A DNA stretch of 64,000 nt from Alphaproteobacteria bacterium (GTDB lineage Bacteria; Pseudomonadota; Alphaproteobacteria; UBA3830). The notes under the pieces are model-generated. The model was given only the letters and a program-made list of their open reading frames with translations. It was not told the origin of the DNA and made no database searches. The translations under genes and the position numbers were made by a program. Positions 8,119-15,940 of this stretch are shown piece after piece. Position 1 is the first letter of the stretch, and each line of letters starts with the position of its first letter. The stretch covers positions 11,840-75,839 of the forward strand of contig JAFUZX010000101.1 in NCBI GenBank assembly GCA_017476405.1. The letters are read 5' to 3'.

Positions 8119-10301
8119 TAAATCACCTCCGGAACTGTGTCGTACAAATATGTTCTCTCGTGCGCAGATACAGCATTCACAATTTTATTGGATAAAGTAT
8201 TTGCATCATCTTTTTTATCTACCTTCACATTGATAGTGAAATTGTTGTTTTGAGTGCGCTCACCTGCTGCTATCATTGCTGGCTTTACTTCAGGAAGTTT
8301 TAATTTGGATGGAGCTTCTTTTTTCGAAAATAATCCACCTATATCCGGCATCATATTTTTTGCTCCTTCCCATAGATTTGAAATCGGACTTGTAAATTTG
8401 TTCCAACCTTCCGAAAGCCAAGAAAAGAAACTCGAAAAAGACTTTTTTAATTCATCGATAGCTCCGATTATTGATTGAATCCATCCAATTTCACTGATTT
8501 GTTCTATAGAATCATTCCATATCTCGACAATTCCACTCCAAAATGAAGAAAAGAAATCACGAACTTTTTCCCATGCTTCAATAATCCACTGAGTAACTGT
8601 TAATCCTGATATAAAATCTGTGAAACCTGATAAGTACGGAGAGACAGAATCCCACAAGCCTGTAAAGAAATTCTTCACCGTATTCCACCCTTCAATAATG
8701 AATTGAGTAACCGCAAGTTTACCAATAAATGAAACGAATTCATTCCAATATGGCTTCACCGGTTCCCAAAGACCTGCGAAGAAATCACGGATTGCTTCCC
8801 AATTATCCCATATCAAATAACCGACTCCGATCAGAGCTGCGGCAATTATAGCAGGCCAGCCCATAAATGCTTTGAAAGCTGTTCCTGTCATTGTTAATCC
8901 GAGTCTCAGATATTTTAAGCCGATAACGGCTGTATTCCACGCACCTGCGACATATGTCCATGCGTACCCCAACGCAAAAGCTGCAATTTTGAATCCGATT
9001 AATTCAGCTACTACAGTTGTTATTTGTCCAACCAATTCGTGATTTTCTTTCATCCACTCCTGCATTGGATTTAAAATTCTTGAAATGCTGTCTGCCAAAG
9101 ACTGAACGACCGGCAACAGAGCGGTTCCTATTTCTATAACAAGAGCTGAAAATGAATTTTTCAGCAGATCCAGTTTCGATTGAGTTTCATCAAGCACAAT
9201 TTTATAATCGACATCCCGAGAACCTTTATATATTTCAGGATTAGCCACGAAATTGAGATTGTGCCTATATAGATCCAATTTATCGATAAGATTACCGACT
9301 TGCTGAGCAGCTCTTTTTCCGAAAATCGCATCCAAAGCCGATAATCTGTCTTTTCCTTCAAGCTTGCTCAAAGCATCAAACAATGTATCAATCGCTTTTT
9401 GTGGATCCTGCATCATGAGTTCTGTAAATCCATGCACTCCAAGTCCCATTTTATGGAAGGCTTCTTGACCTGCTTTTCCTAATTTCGGTATAGATGCAAG
9501 TCTTACTATCATCTGATTTACGGTTTGTCCTGCATCACCTCCGCTTTTATCCAAAGATTTTAATGTGCTCGCTAATGCAGCGACTTGCGGTACCGATAGT
9601 TTGAAATTTGATATCCCTGCAGAAGCTCGAACGACTGACGATAAAATTTCATCTGCTGTTGCACCTGTAGTATTTCCTAAATGATTTATAACATCGAAAT
9701 ATTTCGGCAATTCACCAACGGAAACTTTGTATGTTTTCATCAGATTTCCGATTGATTCCGCACCTGTCTTTGCATCCATTCTCCATGCAACGGTTGTTTT
9801 CGCAACTTCTTCCGAGAAGCCAGCCAAATCCTTTTCAGCTACTCCGAATCTTCCACCAATCGCCGCAATAGCTGCCAAGTCATTTGCTGTTTTCGGAACC
9901 CGTTTCGAAATATCAGTCAAAGTACTGCCAAGTTTTTTCAAGCCATCCGGCTCTTTAAAATTCACAACGGCTTTTATTTGGGCGAGTGAATCTTCGAACT
10001 CCATGGCGGCTTTTGCTGGAGCTGCTAACGCTGCACTGAGTGCGGCCACTCCTAAAATTTGTGATCGATAATTCGCACGTTTCGATAAAATCATTTGTTG
10101 TTTATTTATCGAGCCGAGAAGTGAATTGTATTGCGTTTTTAATTTTTCTAGAGAACCAGCACTTACCAGCGAATTTTTTTCTAAATCTTTTATAGCTCCA
10201 CCAATTTGTTTGATTTTTGACGTACTTCCGGAAATAACGGAGTTGAAGCCACTGCTCAATGCGGCTCCGATTGTGACTAATAATTGCTGATTACCAGCCA
10301 T
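8118..10301 (-). CDS. Tail tape measure protein
   Basis: 727 aa, Ala/Gly-rich and helical. It has central hydrophobic segments and C-terminal Trp-periodic repeats. It sits between the E/E' chaperone genes and gpU. Confidence 0.85.
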   Translation of the reverse strand: MAGNQQLLVTIGAALSSGFNSVISGSTSKIKQIGGAIKDLEKNSLVSAGSLEKLKTQYNSLLGSINKQQMILSKRANYRSQILGVAALSAALAAPAKAAMEFEDSLAQIKAVVNFKEPDGLKKLGSTLTDISKRVPKTANDLAAIAAIGGRFGVAEKDLAGFSEEVAKTTVAWRMDAKTGAESIGNLMKTYKVSVGELPKYFDVINHLGNTTGATADEILSSVVRASAGISNFKLSVPQVAALASTLKSLDKSGGDAGQTVNQMIVRLASIPKLGKAGQEAFHKMGLGVHGFTELMMQDPQKAIDTLFDALSKLEGKDRLSALDAIFGKRAAQQVGNLIDKLDLYRHNLNFVANPEIYKGSRDVDYKIVLDETQSKLDLLKNSFSALVIEIGTALLPVVQSLADSISRILNPMQEWMKENHELVGQITTVVAELIGFKIAAFALGYAWTYVAGAWNTAVIGLKYLRLGLTMTGTAFKAFMGWPAIIAAALIGVGYLIWDNWEAIRDFFAGLWEPVKPYWNEFVSFIGKLAVTQFIIEGWNTVKNFFTGLWDSVSPYLSGFTDFISGLTVTQWIIEAWEKVRDFFSSFWSGIVEIWNDSIEQISEIGWIQSIIGAIDELKKSFSSFFSWLSEGWNKFTSPISNLWEGAKNMMPDIGGLFSKKEAPSKLKLPEVKPAMIAAGERTQNNNFTINVKVDKKDDANTLSNKIVNAVSAHERTYLYDTVPEVI

Positions 10302-10302
10302 T

Positions 10303-10461
10303 TTACTTCCTCCATTCTTTCTGTAGTTCTTTCAGACTTTCAAGCCATGAAAAAAATTCATCCGAATCCATTTCAAGAAGTTCTGAAATCCCGCCTTTTG
10401 CAAAGTACGCCATACTCAACACGGCCTTTCTTATTTCCTCTGCATCGCCGGAGATAAAAAA
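10303..10461 (-). CDS. E' extension reached by a programmed -1 frameshift (gpE+E' fusion product)
   Basis: The -1 frame is open from the slippery site to a TAA at 10303-10305, 1 nt before the tape measure ATG. Own translation: FFISGDAEEIRKAVLSMAYFAKGGISELLEMDSDEFFSWLESLKELQKEWRK. This explains the otherwise non-coding 128-nt gap. Confidence 0.6.
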   Translation of the reverse strand, partial: FFISGDAEEIRKAVLSMAYFAKGGISELLEMDSDEFFSWLESLKELQKEWRK

Positions 10462-10703
10462 CCTTTCAGAATTTCCTGCATCTTGAGATAATCCTGTAAA
10501 TCTAGATCTTGAATTGTTTCAATAGGCACCTCTGCTAAATTCGCAACTAGATTAACTTCACGTTCCTGCTCCGATCCGGATTGTTTGCTAACTGCTAATA
10601 AATCCCGAACTTTCGGACGACGAATATTTAATTCACTAACTTGCACGCCATCTATTTTTATAGGTGTTTCCAACTCAACCTTAAAAGTATTTTTCTTTTC
10701 CAT
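10431..10703 (-). CDS. Tail assembly chaperone (P2 gpE-like)
   Basis: Small ORF between the tube and tape measure genes. I prefer the ATG at 10703 (RBS AAGGGAGAA) over the track start at 10721. It contains a slippery heptamer near its 3' end. Confidence 0.7.
   Translation of the reverse strand: MEKKNTFKVELETPIKIDGVQVSELNIRRPKVRDLLAVSKQSGSEQEREVNLVANLAEVPIETIQDLDLQDYLKMQEILKGFLSPAMQRK
10455..10461 (-). promoter_or_regulatory. Slippery heptamer T TTT TTA (X XXY YYZ) for the -1 frameshift
   Basis: The minus strand reads aaa ggT TTT TTA tct in the gpE zero frame. Confidence 0.6.
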
Positions 10704-10727
10704 TACGATTTCTCCCTTCATAAAAAA

Positions 10728-11228
10728 CTAAACCTGCAAAATCTCACGAATCGCAGCCATTTGATCTGAGCCATTTACATTGCGAATCATGTTCACCGGA
10801 TCGACCTCGATTAGATCGACATTATCGATAGTCAATCTGTAATAAGTGCATGCAACTGAACATTTGAGTGTTGCTTTCTCTGCTGGTGTCCACGTATCGA
10901 AATCTAACTCCTTAAAGAAGCCTCGGACATTGATCACTACTGCTTCAGGATTTCCGACACTTTGAATTGCTCCACGAATTGTTAGTGCAACTTCAGAACC
11001 GTTTGTTAAGCCGAAAAGCTTGAACAGACTTTTGTCGTACTCGGAGAAAGTCATTTCCATCTCGAGCTTTTCCAATCCCATGTCGATTTCAATAGGAGCG
11101 GACATTCCTGCTCCTTGATATTCCTCTGTCTTGATCGTGAGTTTCGGTAACGTTATTTCATCGACTTTTCCTGCGTAGCCGAGTCCATCAACATACACGT
11201 TAAAATTTTTCAAAATCTTTGGTAACAT
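10728..11228 (-). CDS. Major tail tube protein (P2 FII family)
   Basis: 166 aa. MLPKILKNFNVYVDGLGYAGKVDEITLPKL is the classic FII N-terminus. It follows the sheath gene. Confidence 0.85.
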   Translation of the reverse strand: MLPKILKNFNVYVDGLGYAGKVDEITLPKLTIKTEEYQGAGMSAPIEIDMGLEKLEMEMTFSEYDKSLFKLFGLTNGSEVALTIRGAIQSVGNPEAVVINVRGFFKELDFDTWTPAEKATLKCSVACTYYRLTIDNVDLIEVDPVNMIRNVNGSDQMAAIREILQV

Positions 11229-11245
11229 TTTCTAACTCCTTTCAA

Positions 11246-12475
11246 TTATGCTTCAGCTAAATTTTGCAAAAGTACTTCCTCGATGTTTTCATTGTTTAAA
11301 TATGCCCTGAACGTCACTTGCTCCGCCGGATACGCCGGTGTGAATTCAAAATCAAAATACACTTGTCCGTTTGCAATGTTCGCAGCGGTATTTAGCTCCT
11401 TATTCGCGTAGCATTTTCCTGCAAGAATTGCCCCTTGCGCTCTTAAATCACTCAAGAATGCATTTACACTTTCAACGACATCCGTCAGATAATTTTTTAC
11501 GATATTTCGATCAACTGCCCACAAATGTGCTTGCAAAATTGAATCGCTGATAATGTCAGCTGTTCTGCGAACACATAAAAACTTATACTGTCCGTCATTT
11601 ACTGTTGAACGATTTCCCCACAAGCGATATCCATCCTGATTAATTATCGTCGCAATATTTTTTTCATTCAGATAATTCGCTCTGCAGGCCGAATCACCAA
11701 GCGAAAAATCTACAGGTTTGCTCAGGCCGACAATTCCGTTGATCGTTTTGTTTGAAGGTGAACACCAGAAACCGTTGTCATTATCATTTTTGGCTATGAC
11801 TCCGGCCACATATGGACTTGTCGGTTCTATTTCATTTTTCGTGTTGATTACCTGAGGATAGACTGCATAAACACGAGCACTTGCGCAATCTGTAACAAAT
11901 TGCATCAGGTTTTCGTCCGAATCCGTTGGAGTGTCAGCAATGACAACAGCACGCAGTCTCTCTGCGATTTTGATCAATTCAGCGACAACATCTTTCGTGC
12001 TAAATCCCGGTGCAAGAAGAATCCTTGGCGATACCCCAAGCTTGCTTTTCGAAGCCAAGAAAGAATATGTGCCCAAATAACTTCCGTCTTTTTCAACTTT
12101 TCCAATGATATTGGTTTTAGTACTTTCGGCATCCAGAACTTGTACAGTTATAGTTTTCGTTGCTCCTTCATCTTCGCTATCATGATCAGGAACGGTTTGA
12201 CTTTCATCTTTGGTAGCCTCCGCAACTCGTACAACTACGATTACCGCTCCAGTCTGTGCAAGAATTGCATTGACGGCACTCGGAAGTGTTCCTGTCTTCC
12301 CAAGTTTCGCTGCCTCAGTATACGAACCGGTAATTAAAGTCGGCGTATTCAGTGGAAAGTTTTGTGCTTCTGGTGCTGTTCCGATTATCCCGATAACCGA
12401 TGACGAACTTGTCTGAATCGGACGTACTCCGTCATTCACCTCTGTTACTGTTACTCCATGTAAAAAATTAGACAT
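11246..12475 (-). CDS. Contractile tail sheath protein (P2 FI family)
   Basis: 409 aa. FLHGVTVTEVNDGVRPIQTSSSSVIGIIGTAP...VIVVVRV matches the sheath N-terminal pattern. Confidence 0.9.
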   Translation of the reverse strand: MSNFLHGVTVTEVNDGVRPIQTSSSSVIGIIGTAPEAQNFPLNTPTLITGSYTEAAKLGKTGTLPSAVNAILAQTGAVIVVVRVAEATKDESQTVPDHDSEDEGATKTITVQVLDAESTKTNIIGKVEKDGSYLGTYSFLASKSKLGVSPRILLAPGFSTKDVVAELIKIAERLRAVVIADTPTDSDENLMQFVTDCASARVYAVYPQVINTKNEIEPTSPYVAGVIAKNDNDNGFWCSPSNKTINGIVGLSKPVDFSLGDSACRANYLNEKNIATIINQDGYRLWGNRSTVNDGQYKFLCVRRTADIISDSILQAHLWAVDRNIVKNYLTDVVESVNAFLSDLRAQGAILAGKCYANKELNTAANIANGQVYFDFEFTPAYPAEQVTFRAYLNNENIEEVLLQNLAEA

Positions 12476-12623
12476 TGACTCCTCCTATTTCAAAAACAAA
12501 TAAAACGCATCCAGACTTAGTCCGGTGTAAAATCTAGCCATATATTTTCTCCCTCTTTCTTCCAAAACCACATTGTGCATTGGCCTTACACAATAATTCC
12601 TCTGCAAAACGCATACTCATGTT

Positions 12624-15617
12624 TCAGTACTCTGTGACTATACTTTGCCGGACCAAGTTAAATTCTTGCAGCGATAAAAATCCGTCTCCGGCATTGTTAA
12701 CTACGTACAATCGGTAGTATTGAAATGCGACATCATGCATTGGATTTTCAAAAATTCTCGTTTCATACGGAGAAAACCCCGCTGCAACTGACTGATCGTA
12801 TAAAGTTGTCCAATTCGTATCATCATTAGATCCTTCTATTCTGAATATTGATGGTATACGTCCTCTGGCATCAGAAGCCGCTATCTTAAAATGAGTGCAT
12901 GTCTGAGCCGTCGGCAATTTTATTTTTAGTGCGATATTTTTATTCCGACCGTTTTTCGTCGTCCACTGATTACCAAGACGGTCAAAGGCTCGCCATGCGC
13001 CTTCATCGTTGCTGTATTCGGAAGTCGCACTGACAACATATCCGGGTGCAGAGGTGTTACTGGTTAACGGCGGAACGAGATAATCATATTTTTTCAGATA
13101 CCTTCTATACTCGAGAACTGTGTTGCCAAATTCCAGTTTTGCGAATCCAGCATAGTTCTCTGATTGAACCGCATTTATATGAATCCGATAGTATAAATAT
13201 GCTGTTTCATTTTTAAAGAAAAAGTCTTTTTGTTCTCCTTGTACCCAGCTTAATCCGCTTTCAGTGCTTAACGTTATCCAGTTTCCGCCATCATCTGAAG
13301 CTTGTATTTCAAAATCTATCGGAGCTTGATAGTACCATTGATTATTGCGAGCTTTTATCGACATAGCCGTGCAAATCGTTGCAGTCGGAAGTTTTAAACG
13401 AACCCAGCTGCCTACTGCTCCGCCTCCGGTTGTTGTCCATTGTGTTTCAGTATTGCCATCGAAAGCTTGTAAGACTGTTTCGCCTCCTCCAGCCTGAGAG
13501 CTTGCACTTATTTCGTATCCATCCTGCGAAGTCGATGACATTATCGGAGTAAGAGACTGGAAAAGCGGACGTGATTCTCGATATTTGTACTGAAAAAGTT
13601 TGAAACCACACAACACCCAACGTGTGCTTGTGCTGTTAGTTGAAACGCAAGTTAATTTGTAATATTTGTATGCTATTTCGTTATTCAGGTGATAAAAAAG
13701 AGCTTTCCCTTGCAAATAAATTTCGTTTTCTTGATATTGCCGTTCAATTATCAGATCCCAGTTTTCGTCATCATTGCTTCCTTCAAGTTTGAACCAATTT
13801 GCCTGCTCCGACCATGTATGCATATCGATTTCAAGAACATTTGCTGCTGCAGGTTCTGTTAATTCATATTTCACCCACCTTGATGTATCGGGTGTATCAT
13901 CCGCAGGTTCAACATATATATACGAACTGTAATTATTATCCGTTATGTTGCTTGCCGTTCCGTTTGTTATTTTGCTCGATGTTAACGTTGCAAAAGCCGT
14001 TGTATTTGAAGACATGTATGGCGTGAGTGCTTTGAATTCAGTTAAATCATTATCCTCGATTTCTGTTCCCCAAAGAGAAATTCCGCCGGGTTTGTTATCA
14101 TCGGAGGTGTAGCCAATAAATAAGTTATAATATCGGAAACAACCTTTCACATCTGTTCTCACTTCGCCATAAATAACTTCTCCATTGCGATATAAAAGCG
14201 TTGTCCAATTGCGTCCGTCGTTTGAACCTTTTAAAATAAATTCACCCATCGGAGCATTGCTTGAGCGACTCCAATATTTCACAAAATCTACGCATACAAG
14301 TTTTGTAAATTCAAAATGCAATTCTCGTGTGTTGTTGTAACCATCGTAGTAATCTCGCAGGATATCAGGCACTGACCAATTGCTGCCCTTCGGCGCATAT
14401 GCAATATAGTCTTCGCAAATATTTTTGCGGCTCTCGACTAAATTTACAGGCGTTGGAGCGTCTGCTCTGTCTATAACGATATGGTAATGCGGAAAATAAA
14501 TCTTTTTGGATATTCGTATACGAGTTGTTCCACGGTTTATCGGCATTAAAGGCATTTTCGGTTCTAAAATATCCGTGAACGAAATTAAATGTGTACCATC
14601 CGAAACAAGATCAAGCACAAAAGCGAAATCCTCTCGTGGTTCAAAACTCAAATTAAAAGTGATAACCAAATCTTCTGTTACCGACATGCGATAATGAGCA
14701 ACTGATTCTTCTAAATCGACATTACCGAGGCTTGCAATTTTTGTTTTTCCAAGATCATAAATTGTTGTAGGCATTTCCTTTACCTCCATCGCTCCGTTTT
14801 CATTGATTTGAAAATTTTTACCAAGTTTGATTAACCCAAATGTATTTATTGATGCATGCGGAATTTCGGCAATGGAGATCGCTTCGTTTTCAACCTGAAT
14901 ACTGTCGCCGATTTTTACGATTCCAAAGTCATCTTTTGTTGCATTTTGAGCTGTATCGATAGAAATGCTGCCGTCCATTACGTGGACCCCAGGTCCAACT
15001 TTCACGATTCCGCGATTTTTTCTTGTTGCAAAGTTCTCTGCTTCAGTAGGTTGCTCAAGGGAGTCGATTAAAACTACCCCCTGGTTACTTTCGATTTCAA
15101 GATCTCCGACAGTCTGAACATTTGTAAGATTGTTCCTCGGAAGCTGCTCTTCATTGTCGATTTCCGGAACATCACAAAAAATATGAGCTTCATTTTGTCC
15201 AGCTTCAGAGGCATTCTGTAGTGTAGTCGTTCCGTTTTTCGAAACACTCCAAATATCTCCCCAGGCTACATCGAAGTTGGCATCAGACTTCTTTACGCTG
15301 CATTGACCATTTCGACCTCCGACATTATCGCTGCTATCGACGCATTTAATTCCTTCTTCTGAGACTGCTAAATAACGTCTTGGTGAAATATTTGTAATCG
15401 TTGAATCAGCCAAAGAAACATCGGTATGAACGAATGAATTATTTGCCTTTGTGATTTTTTCTTTAGCTTCCGCTGTTTTGTTTTCTAGAGCAACAATATC
15501 CTCGTCCATTGCAACAAAAGTCTCTTGCAAAGTTTCGATGTCCTTTACGACTTCATGATTTTTGTTTGGAAGAGGATATCTGCTCATACTATTCTCCTGT
15601 TGCTCCGAGAGCTTCAA
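12624..15617 (-). CDS. Tail fibre / receptor-binding protein with four C-terminal discoidin (F5/8 type C)-like domains; paralogue 2
   Basis: 997 aa. The N-terminus is RYPLPN plus a coiled coil. Three fibre-type repeats follow (RGIVKVGPGVHV, FGIVKIGDSIQV, FGLIKLGKNFQI). Then come four modules with AFDGN..T.W...W......FxIxGS(N/D)DxxNW...YYR, e.g. AFDGNTETQWTT...FEIQASDDGGNWITL. Confidence 0.7.
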   Translation of the reverse strand: MKLSEQQENSMSRYPLPNKNHEVVKDIETLQETFVAMDEDIVALENKTAEAKEKITKANNSFVHTDVSLADSTITNISPRRYLAVSEEGIKCVDSSDNVGGRNGQCSVKKSDANFDVAWGDIWSVSKNGTTTLQNASEAGQNEAHIFCDVPEIDNEEQLPRNNLTNVQTVGDLEIESNQGVVLIDSLEQPTEAENFATRKNRGIVKVGPGVHVMDGSISIDTAQNATKDDFGIVKIGDSIQVENEAISIAEIPHASINTFGLIKLGKNFQINENGAMEVKEMPTTIYDLGKTKIASLGNVDLEESVAHYRMSVTEDLVITFNLSFEPREDFAFVLDLVSDGTHLISFTDILEPKMPLMPINRGTTRIRISKKIYFPHYHIVIDRADAPTPVNLVESRKNICEDYIAYAPKGSNWSVPDILRDYYDGYNNTRELHFEFTKLVCVDFVKYWSRSSNAPMGEFILKGSNDGRNWTTLLYRNGEVIYGEVRTDVKGCFRYYNLFIGYTSDDNKPGGISLWGTEIEDNDLTEFKALTPYMSSNTTAFATLTSSKITNGTASNITDNNYSSYIYVEPADDTPDTSRWVKYELTEPAAANVLEIDMHTWSEQANWFKLEGSNDDENWDLIIERQYQENEIYLQGKALFYHLNNEIAYKYYKLTCVSTNSTSTRWVLCGFKLFQYKYRESRPLFQSLTPIMSSTSQDGYEISASSQAGGGETVLQAFDGNTETQWTTTGGGAVGSWVRLKLPTATICTAMSIKARNNQWYYQAPIDFEIQASDDGGNWITLSTESGLSWVQGEQKDFFFKNETAYLYYRIHINAVQSENYAGFAKLEFGNTVLEYRRYLKKYDYLVPPLTSNTSAPGYVVSATSEYSNDEGAWRAFDRLGNQWTTKNGRNKNIALKIKLPTAQTCTHFKIAASDARGRIPSIFRIEGSNDDTNWTTLYDQSVAAGFSPYETRIFENPMHDVAFQYYRLYVVNNAGDGFLSLQEFNLVRQSIVTEY

Positions 15618-15939
15618 TACGCTGACTTAAAGTCTGCAATGATTTTTCGAGAGCCTTAAGTTTCGAATACAAAACCGTGTCTTCAAGAAGCCATGTATGA
15701 ATGTTTTGCGCGGTCACGCATTTAAATGTATAAACAACGTTCTTTTCTGTGATGCTCGCAATAACTGTTGAACCATCAGCAACGCCTGTATATGTTTGCT
15801 CAGGAAATACTATGGCTAAGTTCTTGCCTGCCTCTGAATTGCCAACAATATTGATCGGTAGTCTCGCATCTGAAATCGATACAATCTCAACTCGATCACC
15901 AATTTTCGGATTTTTAGGGAATGTAAATGTAGTTGCCAT
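15589..15939 (-). CDS. Hypothetical 116-aa protein between the two fibre genes (fibre adaptor/assembly candidate)
   Basis: ORF track. The C-terminus looks like a coiled coil (LYSKLKALEKSLQTLSQRIEAL). It overlaps the downstream fibre start by 29 nt. Function is inferred from position only. Confidence 0.5.
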   Translation of the reverse strand: MATTFTFPKNPKIGDRVEIVSISDARLPINIVGNSEAGKNLAIVFPEQTYTGVADGSTVIASITEKNVVYTFKCVTAQNIHTWLLEDTVLYSKLKALEKSLQTLSQRIEALGATGE

Positions 15940-15940
15940 A

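Noticed and set aside
12476-12623. Intergenic region between fibre gene 2 and the sheath gene, examined for a third copy of the CGCAC-N16-CTGAAT motif or a strong terminator.
   Set aside because: It holds only imperfect short palindromes (ccagacttagtccgg, ttgtgcattggccttacacaa) and no match to the shared motif. This is not enough to call a feature.
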